Below are positions 52,305 to 63,571 of a DNA stretch of 63,571 nt, one piece after another. The stretch covers positions 3,284,080-3,347,650 of the forward strand of contig NC_069003.1 in NCBI RefSeq assembly GCF_001194135.2, given 5' to 3'. Both the position numbers and the translations under genes were made by a program. Each line of letters starts with the position of its first letter. Position 1 is the first letter of the stretch. This DNA comes from Octopus bimaculoides (lineage: Eukaryota). Under the pieces are notes generated by a model. It was given only the letters and a program-made list of their open reading frames with translations. It did no database searches and had not been told where the DNA came from.

Positions 52305-52503
52305 GGATGGGTATTGGAAAGTTCCTGGCTTTGAGTAAAAAAAAATACAGGAGGATCAGTTAATTACGATTTTATTCGACATACTCCCTTCTTAGCGGGT
52401 CTTCGGTATTTCTAAACCCTATAAAAAATCTCCGAAGGCTGAGTCTCCAACCACCCCTTTCGCGATGTCCTTAAAACCAAGAACATTCCAGCACCCCCTC
52501 GTA
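52305..52503 (-). mobile_element. Mariner-derived ~200-bp deletion derivative (MITE-like)
   Basis: Imperfect TIRs: ggatgggtattggaaagttcctggcttt versus the reverse complement of the right end, (tac)gagggggtgctggaatgttcttggtttt (20/28); the right end finishes in TA. The minus strand retains the transposase C-terminus LRREYVE*. Confidence 0.75.
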
Positions 52504-52534
52504 CATAATATATAAACACATATAGACGTACATG

Positions 52535-52700
52535 TTTCCAAATTTGAGCACAAGGCTAATAATTTCGAGAGAGGCGTAAATCGATAACATCGACGCCAGT
52601 GCTCAACTCCGAAACGATAAATGACAAAGTCCACCGCGGCTGAAGTTGAAGCACCGAAATTACGCTAAGCGTTTTGCCTGGAATGCTAACAAATTCGTAT
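52535..52700 (-). mobile_element. Old SINE family A copy
   Basis: Reverse complement contains cttagcgtaatttcg...ggactttgtcatttatc...actggcgtcgatgttatcgatt...agccttgtgctcaaatttgg. Confidence 0.65.
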
Positions 52701-52711
52701 CTTCCCGCCTT

Positions 52712-52830
52712 GCCTTTACTCATTTACTCTTTAACCTGTTTCAGTCATTTGACTGTGGCCATGCTGGAGCACCATCTTTAGTCGACCAAATCGACAACAG
52801 AACTTATTCTTTGTAAGTCTACTACTTATT
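52712..52830 (-). mobile_element. SINE family B 3' end
   Basis: Reverse complement: cttacaaagaataagttctgttgtcgatttggtcgactaaagatggtgctccagcatggccacagtcaaatgactgaaacagg. Confidence 0.9.
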
Positions 52831-52859
52831 CAATGGGTTCTCTTTGGAAAAGAAAAAAA

Positions 52860-52902
<43 letters not shown>

Positions 52903-54144
52903 NNNNNNNNNNNNNNNNNNNNNNNNNNNNNNNNNNNNNNNNNNNNNNNNNNNNNNNNNNNNNNNNNNNNNNNNNNNNNNNNNNNNNNNNNNNNNNNNNN
53001 NNNNNNNNNNNNNNNNNNNNNNNNNNNNNNNNNNNNNNNNNNNNNNNNNNNNNNNNNNNNNNNNNNNNNNNNNNNNNNNNNNNNNNNNNNNNNNNNNNNN
53101 NNNNNNNNNNNNNNNNNNNNNNNNNNNNNNNNNNNNNNNNNNNNNNNNNNNNNNNNNNNNNNNNNNNNNNNNNNNNNNNNNNNNNNNNNNNNNNNNNNNN
53201 NNNNNNNNNNNNNNNNNNNNNNNNNNNNNNNNNNNNNNNNNNNNNNNNNNNNNNNNNNNNNNNNNNNNNNNNNNNNNNNNNNNNNNNNNNNNNNNNNNNN
53301 NNNNNNNNNNNNNNNNNNNNNNNNNNNNNNNNNNNNNNNNNNNNNNNNNNNNNNNNNNNNNNNNNNNNNNNNNNNNNNNNNNNNNNNNNNNNNNNNNNNN
53401 NNNNNNNNNNNNNNNNNNNNNNNNNNNNNNNNNNNNNNNNNNNNNNNNNNNNNNNNNNNNNNNNNNNNNNNNNNNNNNNNNNNNNNNNNNNNNNNNNNNN
53501 NNNNNNNNNNNNNNNNNNNNNNNNNNNNNNNNNNNNNNNNNNNNNNNNNNNNNNNNNNNNNNNNNNNNNNNNNNNNNNNNNNNNNNNNNNNNNNNNNNNN
53601 NNNNNNNNNNNNNNNNNNNNNNNNNNNNNNNNNNNNNNNNNNNNNNNNNNNNNNNNNNNNNNNNNNNNNNNNNNNNNNNNNNNNNNNNNNNNNNNNNNNN
53701 NNNNNNNNNNNNNNNNNNNNNNNNNNNNNNATGTATATATATATATATATATATATCCGAAGATTTTAAATTTATATTACAATTAATAAGAGGAATGACC
53801 ACCAAAGTGGATTTCTAATATGCTAAACATAGACGTCAAATCGCCTTACCACGAAGAGTGTGTTCTCAAGAAAAATCTCACCAAAAACGCCAGAATGCAA
53901 AAATTAGGAAGACAAATGAAAATATACAAAATAAAACGATTACCAACGTATCATGATTTCATTATTAACACTTATATAATGCAAAATGCAAATATCTGCA
54001 ATTCTTCAGCGTAGTCTGTCGCGTTTCAAACATATTTCACAGAACTATACACAGAAAATTTCACCCGAAAAGTAACGCATGAACAGTTCTGCAAATTATA
54101 TTTGAAGGTAACTTTCAAATATCTTCATTTTGGCGCTGCTGCGT

Positions 54145-54560
54145 CAAATTTTATATAGTGAACTTTCCACTGGAATGAGAATCTGTGACCGTCCCCTCCG
54201 TCGATACAAGAATCAGCTGAAGTAAAGCCTAGAACTAACTGGAATCGATCCCCAAATCTGGGACATTGAAGCTCAGAACAGGCCCGGCTGGCAATATTGT
54301 ATCTTCTCTGTGACAAATCATTTTGAAGCTGAAGGAGTGAGGGAAGAGGAAGAAAAAACGACAAGGAAGAAAATGGTAGCTGCAACAACGAAAGTCTCCA
54401 CCACGAGTCCCTTATGAATTTTGCAAAAGACGCTTCCGTGCAAGAATCGGCCTTATTAGTCATCGGAGACATAAACACGGACAGAGAGGATTAAATGGTC
54501 AAGAAGAAATCCAAATAAGTAATCGGACACACGATAAAACACCGACGACAACGAGTAGTA
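54145..54560 (+). mobile_element. RTE-clade LINE 3' end, decayed
   Basis: QILYSELSTGMRICDRPLRRYKNQLK*SLELTGIDPQIWDIEAQNRPGWQ...HFE (stop at 54223-54225), then after a +1 frameshift YEFCKRRFRARIGLISHRRHKH. This matches the recalled RTE C-terminus LxYGELxxGxRxxGxPxxRYKDxLK...IDxxxWExxAxxRxxWR plus the terminal C2H2 finger CxxCxRxFRARIGLxSHxRxH. Followed by a triplet tail. Confidence 0.9.
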
Positions 54561-54570
54561 ATAGTAGTAT

Positions 54571-54667
<97 letters not shown>
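54555..54667. repeat. (TAG)-(TAC)n-(TAG)n tract containing a perfect 84-bp palindrome (54584-54667)
   Basis: The (CTA)n arm is the reverse complement of the (TAG)n arm; centre CTAG at 54624-54627. Confidence 0.95.
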
Positions 54668-54733
54668 TACAGCAGCATTAAACCTCACTAGTAAATATGT
54701 AAAGATATATGGCGATGTATTTCTGTATGGCTT

Positions 54734-54772
<39 letters not shown>

Positions 54773-55408
54773 GTGTGTGTGTGTGTTTAATTGTTGAAGC
54801 TTATGGCGTGTAAACGTATGTTTCCGTGTTTATGTATCTCGTAACACACCCACGTAGGCGCCTACTCGTGCTAAGCAATCTACACTGCATCACATTATTG
54901 AATACTTTCAAGTTAATAGATAACGGTTTAAAGACATTACTCTTCAATATAGATATATGTGTGCACGCGTGTATGCACGTGTGTGTGTGTCTGGGTGTTC
55001 ATGCACGAGAGTATGTATGTGTCTGCATGTATATATATATATATATATATATGTGATTGTATGTACGTGTACACACTTATATATATATGCGTCTATGTCA
55101 ATGGATAGACGTTTTCAGAATTTATGTGTATAATCATATCTATATACAATGTGTGTGTGTGTGATTCTATATGCATATGTGGTTAGAAAACACGCAAAAT
55201 ATGCACACACAAAAACAGAGTGAGATGTAGAGCAACACGTTGGGTGTATTAGTTTGATGCTCAGGAAAGAATGGAAGGAGTCATTGACATTTCGAACCTA
55301 CGCTCTTCTACAGATAAGTATAATGAGAGAAAATAGATAGAGAGAGGAAGAATATAGAGAGTAAACACACATACACATACACACGCAGGCACATACACAC
55401 ACAAGTAC

Positions 55409-55482
<74 letters not shown>

Positions 55483-55737
55483 NNNNNNNNNNNNNNNNNN
55501 NNNNNNNNNNNNNNNNNNNNNNNNNNNNNNNNNNNNNNNNNNNNNNNNNNNNNNNNNNNNNNNNNNNNNNNNNNNNNNNNNNNNNNNNNNNNNNNNNNNN
55601 NNNNNNNNNNNNNNNNNNNNNNNNNNNNNNNNNNNNNNNNNNNNNNNNNNNNNNNNNNNNNNNNNNNGACAGACAGAAAGACAGACAGATAGATATATAC
55701 ATAGATATAGATATTTATGCTTTGGTGTGTGTTTATT

Positions 55738-55779
<42 letters not shown>

Positions 55780-56574
55780 TATATACACACCTACTGTATG
55801 CATGCGTTTATATAAACATGTGTGCTTGTGTGTGTATACACATACACATACAGACATACACATGCACATGCACACACACGCACATACAGATATACACATA
55901 CACAAAACACGAGTACCTTTTCCTGTTCTCTCACTTCGCTAAAATTGACAGTTAAATTTTCTACACATACTGAAAAAAATTGTCGATCATAATTGGCGTA
56001 TTTTCATTTTTCGGGAAAAATATCTGCACAGTTTGAGTTGTCTGTGAGATACACAACAACAACAACACCAAAAACACAAACATCCAATCCGAAACTGTCC
56101 ATTTCTCTTTTCCCCCAGATTCCTATATATGTTAATTGTTGAGTTCTGTGGGGAGGTCCACGGCTTGTAACCTTCGCGGTTCCTCCGAGACCTGAATGTT
56201 TGATGTCGTTAATGTTCCTCAGAAACCGCTGCAGGTAGAACAAGACTTGAGAATTGAATTAACAAACACCATCAGTAGTTGAATTCCTCAACGTCTCTGT
56301 TATTCTCTGTGATTAATAACGAAAATAATGACAATCAATTAACCATATTTTGTATAAATTGTTCGAAAAAAATTACTCTGGAGGTCCGATTAGTTCTGGA
56401 ATATTGATTCACTGAGAATTAAAACGCTTTAAATGCGTAGAAATTATCTTTTTTTTTCACCCATTTGGCTACAACCAGCCTCTGGCCTGAGGCCACCCAT
56501 TGGGCTGGGGTCATTTGATGTCTAAAAGGTCCTGTCATATTTTCATAATCAATTATTTTGAAGAATTGCATTTT

Positions 56575-56695
56575 CTTTTTATATTCTTTTTATTTGTCTC
56601 AGTCATTTGACTGCGGCCGCGCTGGAGCACCGCCTTTAGTCGAACAAATCGAACACAGGACTAATCCTTTGTAAGTCTAGTACTTATTCTATCGT
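56575..56695 (-). mobile_element. SINE family B 3' end
   Basis: tcagtcatttgactgcggccgcgctggagcaccgcctttagtcgaacaaatcgaac...ctttgtaagtctagtacttattctatcg. Confidence 0.9.
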
Positions 56696-57336
56696 CCGGG
56701 GGGCGATAATACACGACACTCGTAGAAGGTGCGACGCACGGGGATTGAAAGCGAAATTTCCTACATTGCAATGCGTGTTTCTGAACCAAGCATACATGAA
56801 ACTGTCTAATTAAAATATGCAGTGTATCAAAATCGAACCCGAAATCCTGCATACACCAAGAGTAATTCTAAAATGCAGACCCACATGTACATGCGATATA
56901 ACTCACGTGAAACACTGCTTCCAGTTGTTCTTTGTCGGACCACTCATCTTACGGAATATCGTCCCGAGGGCCTGTTGTGCCCCATGCAAACATGAACTGG
57001 AGCCCGAACTCAAATTATCACCAACGAATATATTCAGGTTTAGGGCTAATGTTACACTTCCTACTTAGATAACAGATTTGAAACACGCATGCCCACACAT
57101 TCATTTGTATATCTTCCATAAAAGACACCATTGTTTCCTCACGAATAATTATCAATTGACCATATTAACTTATATTATTCCTCTATGAATATTAAACCAA
57201 TCAGTTTGGCATCGATCACCTTTTGTTAAATCTGTCATCTCAGTTATTTTCGAACTCTTAATATAATTGAGCTTATGTAAGTATATCTATATATGTATCC
57301 GAAAGTTTGCCAATGTTCTCTCTCACCACCTAACAT

Positions 57337-57340
57337 ACAT

Positions 57341-57404
<64 letters not shown>

Positions 57405-57490
57405 GGGGGGAGAGAAATAAATAGATAGATAGATAGATAGATAGATAGGGGGGGGAGAGAAATAAATAGATAGATAGATAGATAGATATA
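57337..57490. repeat. (GATA)n with a duplicated G-run/AGAGAAATAA unit
   Basis: gatag-G(7-8)-agagaaataaatagatag occurs twice, about 45 bp apart. Confidence 0.9.
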
Positions 57491-57559
57491 TAAATAGTTA
57501 TGCACAAACACACGCATGCAAATAGAAACATCCGTCAGTATAAGGGTATATTTTTGCGA

Positions 57560-57952
57560 GCGCATGGACAGATGGGTATTTAATGACTCATACAGCCATT
57601 ACTCAATATCATGGACACGTCCTTCCGTGAGAAGGAATTTCTAATACAAACCACGTGAGTCATTTTACAAATTCATGCACTAATAATGCATGAGTGACCT
57701 TTTCTTTGCTTTATGCGTTTATTCCGTTGAAGACAAACATACGAGCGGATGCTGAAAAGATTTTGGCTACAAGGGTATCGGGGAAAGGCCTGGCTGGAGG
57801 CCTAACTTTCCGAGTTGTTTTGCAGGGCTTAGGAAACCTGAAGGACATGAAGTTAAGTATGCGAAACTGAGAGGGGATTATGTTGAATAAAATCATACCT
57901 GATTCTCTTGTATTACCTTTTACCCAAAGCCAGGAACTCTGTACGTACCCCT
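57560..57952 (+). mobile_element. Mariner transposase 3' remnant plus 3' TIR
   Basis: Ends ...KLRGDYVE* (mariner-type GxYxE terminus), then aaatcatacctgattctcttgtatt...ttacccaaagccaggaact...acccctc, homologous to the reverse complement of 52305-52390. Confidence 0.65.
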
Positions 57953-58106
57953 CCAATACACACACACACAAGTATGTGTGTATATATGTATATAATTATT
58001 CAGTTTACTTCAAGATTCCTTGCCAACAGAGAAAGAGTCGGTTTCTAACCTGGATTCAAGGCACCTTCCCTGAAATATCAACTTCAACAGGATACTTTTG
58101 TATGTA

Positions 58107-58158
<52 letters not shown>

Positions 58159-59066
58159 ATACAGGTTTCCGTGGTGTTTCTGTCTTTGCTAATTCTCCCT
58201 TAAGTGCTAACACCAAGTGAATGTTTCGCAATAAAGTCTCGCAACGTATACAAACAAGTACGTAAAATATTCTGTAATCCCTCGGAGGTGATCATATTTC
58301 TAGCCACCCGCTCTCACAAAAATATAGATACACGAGGTGCCTTCATTAGCGAGATGGAAAAGAGTCATATGGAGGTTCTTACTCAAAATATGGACTGTAC
58401 TATAAGTAAAAGAAAACCTGACCATCTAGATTTTGAATAGCTTTACAACAACGTTCTATTCAACGGAATTACTATTAAGATATGAATTTAAATTCTACTC
58501 AGAGAAATGGAGTGATATGATAATTATAGGAATAAATATTTCACATCTGTATGGAAAATATTTATTTAGTGCAAAGACATTATCACAAGATCTCAATATA
58601 CTTAGATACATACCACATACACACACACACAAATATACNNNNNNNNNNNNNNNNNNNNNNNNNNNNNNNNNNNNNNNNNNNNNNNNNNNNNNNNNNNNNN
58701 NNNNNNNNNNNNNNNNNNNNNNNNNNNNNNNNNNNNNNNNNNNNNNNNNNNNNNNNNNNNNNNNNNNNNNNNNNNNNNNNNNNNNNNNNNNNNNNNNNNN
58801 NNNNNNNNNNNNNNNNNNNNNNNNNNNNNNNNNNNNNNNNNNNNNNNNNNNNNNNNNNNNNNNNNNNNNNNNNNNNNNNNNNNNNNNNNNNNNNNNNNNN
58901 NNNNNNNNNNNNNNNNNNNNNNNNNNNNNNNNNNNNNNNNNNNNNNNNNNNNNNNNNNNNNNNNNNNNNNNNNNNNNNNNNNNNNNNNNNNNNNNNNNNN
59001 NNNNNNNNNNNNNNNNNNNNNNNNNNNNNNNNNTTTCCAGCCTTTTCATGAGTTTTATTTCCGTCA

Positions 59067-59075
59067 ATGAATTTA

Positions 59076-59127
<52 letters not shown>

Positions 59128-59166
59128 CATTATTATTATTATTGTTGTTGTTGTTGTTGTTGTTGT
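59067..59166. repeat. (ATT)n to (GTT)n tract
   Basis: Read directly. Confidence 0.9.
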
Positions 59167-59532
59167 TCTTATATTTTTGTTATTTCTCCTCTTATGGTCT
59201 TTCCTCATTTTAAACATCTCCAGTTCTTTCCATCCATCAATGTTCTCTTCTCTTCTTATCTTACCCTTTTCAGCCAATCGATTGCCGATGCTGCTCTTTT
59301 GTGTATCCCAAACTTACGATAGAAAACGTTGCTGTCCAATTCGCGACTAAATTCTTTCACTCTACGTAGCAAACATTATTTTCTTTTTACATTTCGTTTC
59401 CATCTCGCAGTTCTTTCACATTCTTAGATATTCCGTTCTGTTAATTCTCCTGTCTTTTTTTTCCTTTTCTAAATCATATGCAATAATGCTCCTTCATTTA
59501 CTCTTCACTGTATTATATCTTATCAGTGTCCA

Positions 59533-59568
<36 letters not shown>

Positions 59569-59684
59569 CACTGATTGTGTTATGGGAGAATCCTGAACAC
59601 ACCCACGTGACTGAAGGTGGACTTACAGATTGCAATAAATAAAAATCGAGAGACCTGGTAGGGGGAGCAGTTGACAGGTTTAAT

Positions 59685-59930
59685 GGCGGTGAGTTGGCAG
59701 AAACGTTAACATAGCACACCTGACGAAATGCTTAGTGGTATTTCGTCTGTCTTTACGTTCTGAGTTCAAATTCCGCCAAGGTCGACTTTGCCTTTCATCC
59801 ATTCGAGGGTCGATAAATTAAGTACCAGTGAAACACTGGGGTCGATCTAATCAACAATCACCCCACACCACAAAATCCAGGCCTTGTGCCTATAGTAGAA
59901 ATGATTATTATTATTATCATTATTATTATG

Positions 59931-59999
<69 letters not shown>
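59685..59999 (+). mobile_element. SINE family A, full length, with (ATT)n tail
   Basis: ggcggtgagttggcagaaacgtt...gagttcaaattcc (B-box-like)...gtcgactttgcctttcatccattcgagggtcgataaattaagtaccagtgaaacactggggtcgatctaatc...aggccttgtgcctatagtagaa, then (ATT)n at 59903-59999. Confidence 0.95.
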
Positions 60000-61144
60000 T
60001 CTAACTATCGTTATTGATATTATTTCTACTTCAGATCTTCTTCATTCATCTATCGATACGATTGTTGTAGAAATTGAAAACACTTTTAGATCAGATCAGT
60101 TCAGATGAGTGTCATTGATTTCCGCACTTAAAAGAGATTCGCCATTAAAGATTTTCTGGTAAACTGTCAAACTTTTGTACATTCATGTGACTACGTACTC
60201 TCTCTCTCTATAAATGCGATGGCGTCACGGGGTGGATAGAATTGTTAGTGACGTTGCTGTTGTCGCTGGTGTTGGTGTATTTGGTATTGGTTTCTGTGAG
60301 TGCGTTGGGAATGGTAAAGGAGAGTAGCAGATGCTCTGTTGGTGTCGGTGGTACAGAAGATAGAAGTGAAAGTTTGTATTTGGATGGTAGGGGTATAGAT
60401 AGTTGTATTGGGATGGTAGGGGTTTAGTTGGTTTTCTCACCAGTGTGGTTGCCGTTTGTTGTATTGTTGCTGTTGACCGTGTGTTGGTCTTGTTGCTGTT
60501 TGTGGTAAAGTAGCGTGTGTGGTGAAGGCGATGGCTTTGAAGGTGGTGTCTGTGTTGATATTTATGACGAGGACGGCGCGGGTTCAGTAATGTTGTTTGT
60601 ATTGTTGCCGCTATTGGTGTTTTGATCTACTTGGCATTTGTGATGTCGACAAAGGTGATTCTGACGTTGGAGTTGCTAATTGCTTCACTAATTGTTATAT
60701 TTATACTTGTCGTTTTATTTTTTTTTTCGGTGCGTTAGTGTTAGTGACGCTGTTGCTATTGTTGTTGTTATTGTTGGTGGTGGTATTTTTTATATCCTTG
60801 TATGCTGGATATATTATATATTGAAGCAGGGGAGAAGAAAGTATAAACAGGACGCTCTACTATTAATATTACACCAGGCTCAACTCTCTATATCTACGGC
60901 TCACAGTGAACTGCTTACCAACCCGAACTGCCAATCGCTCACAGCTATCTTCTCCCCTTTTGAGAATGAACTCCCCTCGGAGTTTTAAAGTCTCTTAGTC
61001 TTAGGGTTCAATCCCAGCATTTCCGTTCTTTTCCGTTTCCTGCTGTCAGAACGTGAAGTTTCAAATTGTTTGAATGCTGGTACCTCAAACGTGTCGTACA
61101 ATATTTCCACAATACTTTATTTCTAGTGATTGTTTCTTTCCGCC

Positions 61145-61145
<1 letters not shown>

Positions 61146-61213
<68 letters not shown>
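61146..61213. repeat. (TAG)n microsatellite
   Basis: Read directly. Confidence 0.95.
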
Positions 61214-61864
61214 AGGAATTCAACTCCTAACAGATCGGACGAGATCGATTAAAGTGATAATCAGGGACATTCCAACCATGAATCTCTTGCCATTTTTCTT
61301 TTCACGTACCTCTAATTGCCAATGCATCATTAACTTTCTCTTTAACCGTGACACGGTCGAGGTTAAATTCGGTGCTATTTCGCGTAGATCCACTCTCCAC
61401 TTTAGTGATCACCAATGTTTATGTTAACCGAAAGGCAAAGGAGAACGTGCCCCGTGAGTATTCAGCTTACTAGAAATAGCAGCACGTCCTCCTCATATGG
61501 CGTTCTATTGTCGTAAACAAAGATGCCACAACAGAAATTGTAAGCGTAAATCAGTCTAATGGTCGTGGTTGGAACGTCTTGGATCATAAATTTGTAGGAA
61601 AAAGGGATGAGGGAATATTATACAACAAAAATACCAACAACAAGTATAATGTACCGATATTAATGTCCAAACATAGCATACTGTTGATATGATTCATTTT
61701 TACGATTCCGTCTGGAATTGTGGAATTCCTATCGAAGAATTCCAAGAACGCGGATGTAGCGGTCCCTTTCCACTAGCTTCTGTCTGACCAATATTTTCGA
61801 TCAATTTCTCGCAAATAGACCGCCGACAAGAACTTCTCTTTTCTCCATCTGTCTATTGTCCTCC

Positions 61865-61900
<36 letters not shown>

Positions 61901-62592
61901 TTACTCTCTCTCTCTTCCTTAATCTCTCTCATTCACTCTCTCTCCCTTCCTGTCTCTCTAATNNNNNNNNNNNNNNNNNNNNNNNNNNNNNNNNNNNNNN
62001 NNNNNNNNNNNNNNNNNNNNNNNNNNNNNNNNNNNNNNNNNNNNNNNNNNNNNNNNNNNNNNNNNNNNNNNNNNNNNNNNNNNNNNNNNNNNNNNNNNNN
62101 NNNNNNNNNNNNNNNNNNNNNNNNNNNNNNNNNNNNNNNNNNNNNNNNNNNNNNNNNNNNNNNNNNNNNNNNNNNNNNNNNNNNNNNNNNNNNNNNNNNN
62201 NNNNNNNNNNNNNNNNNNNNNNNNNNNNNNNNNNNNNNNNNNNNNNNNNNNNNNNNNNNNNNNNNNNNNNNNNNNNNNNNNNNNNNNNNNNNNNNNNNNN
62301 NNNNNNNNNNNNNNNNNNNNNNNNNNNNNNNNNNNNNNNNNNNNNNNNNNNNNNNNNNNNNNNNNNNNNNNNNNNNNNNNNNNNNNNNNNNNNNNNNNNN
62401 NNNNNNNNNNNNNNNNNNNNNNNNNNNNNNNNNNNNNNNNNNNNNNNNNNNNNNNNNNNNNNNNNNNNNNNNNNNNNNNNNNNNNNNNNNNNNNNNNNNN
62501 NNNNNNNNNNNNNNNNNNNNNNNNNNNNNNNNNNNNNNNNNNNNNNNNNNNNNNNNNNNNNNNNNNNNNNNNNNNNNNNNNNNNNNNNNNNN

Positions 62593-62623
<31 letters not shown>

Positions 62624-62776
62624 TGAGCGTAATACTGTAACCACTACGCGTATTGCCGATCTGCTGGAGGCAGTGAGCTCGTGTGCCTGTGTGCAATATC
62701 CGCTAAGAAATTGCAGAATAGTCTTTCTCGTACCCGGATATCTGGCCCCATCTTTTTTGTCGTTAACACGTGTCTT

Positions 62777-62831
62777 GGAATCGAACTCAGAATCTTGGGG
62801 TTAGTAGCCCGTGCTCTTAACCACTACGCCA
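62777..62831 (-). mobile_element. tRNA-like SINE head (family D)
   Basis: Reverse complement TGGCGTAGTGGTTAAGAGCACGGGCTACTAACCCCAAGATTCTGAGTTCGATTCC has A and B boxes but no acceptor-stem pairing; a second copy is at 41551. Confidence 0.75.
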
Positions 62832-62939
62832 GATGCCCGTGCGCAATTATGAAGCCACCAACACATTACTCTCCACTAAGCTGCCACTGGTACAACACGG
62901 TATACTCACCACCTCATCACTTCAAAATCACACAACCGC

Positions 62940-63330
62940 AGCATTAACCACCAACACCATAACCACCACCACTACCACCACCACCACCAGTCCCACCACT
63001 CACACTAGCACCACCAACACAGCAACACTCCACCACCACCACCAACACAGAAACACTCTACCACCACTACCACTACCGCAACACCACGTGATTCCCACTA
63101 TATACTACAACCTCTACACACCGCTACAACACCATTGCTGTACGGTAACACGCGTCACGATGGCACTACCATCACACACAAAACTACACATGGCAAGATA
63201 TGATGCCATCGCACCGATACACGCCAGCACAAATCGACGCTACAATGCACCGCTATATACCACTGCACACCACCACAGTGTTACACACCGCTAAGACGTC
63301 TCACTTCTATATAACCCCACATTCGACACC
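62940..63330. repeat. Decayed (ACC/AAC)n cryptic simple repeat
   Basis: A/C-rich triplet periodicity, read directly. Confidence 0.75.
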
Positions 63331-63522
63331 TCCATCGGAAACGTGTCATAGATTAATGAAAGAAACCGCAGTTCTTAAATATCTGAGATCGGGACATATT
63401 TATACGAATAGGGGCATATATATATATATATATATCTGCATACATCTGAATTATTACACCTGATTGTTTGTTCCGAGACCTGTCTTCGTCTTCTAGTTTT
63501 CTATAACTTTTAACTGTATCTA

Positions 63523-63571
<49 letters not shown>

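Noticed and set aside
54125-54478. 117-aa minus-strand ORF with ordinary composition
   Set aside because: It is antisense to the clearly recognisable RTE 3' end.
56907-57010. Minus-strand exon candidate ending CAC|GTGAGT
   Set aside because: Good donor, but no convincing acceptor; the frame compatible with the 39984 exon has a TAA just upstream.
62777-62831. tRNA gene with an apparent ACT anticodon (also 41551-41603)
   Set aside because: No acceptor-stem pairing, and the flanks are repeat-like; these are SINE heads.

Overview
This is AT-rich animal genomic DNA from a gapped draft scaffold. It has 19 N-runs, nearly all abutting (TA)n, (CA)n, (GA)n or (GATA)n microsatellites. The dense microsatellites, the recurring tRNA-derived SINE families and the R4/RTE LINE relics suggest an octopus or other coleoid cephalopod genome; this is inference from repeat content, not a database match. 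I find no complete protein-coding gene, rRNA, true tRNA or CRISPR array. Almost every ORF in the supplied track is an artefact of microsatellites or N-gaps. The best-supported content is mobile-element debris recognised by manual translation and motif recall: five R4/Dong-like non-LTR fragments, an RTE 3' end with its C2H2 finger, a decayed Tc1 transposase, a mariner deletion derivative plus a second mariner 3' remnant, a hAT/Charlie-type MITE with TIRs and TSD, and about 25 SINE copies or fragments. Host-gene evidence is limited to weak candidate exons: a minus-strand pair (39752-39984 and 35828-35954), a duplicated exon-like unit with a Sema-like motif (42.2 and 43.0 kb) and two 52-bp plus-strand candidates. 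Structural oddities include a perfect 84-bp (CTA)n/(TAG)n palindrome at the RTE tail, inverted SINE pairs, a 128-bp diverged dimer and minisatellites forming inside a (CT)n tract. I see no convincing new biological system; these are leads, not discoveries.
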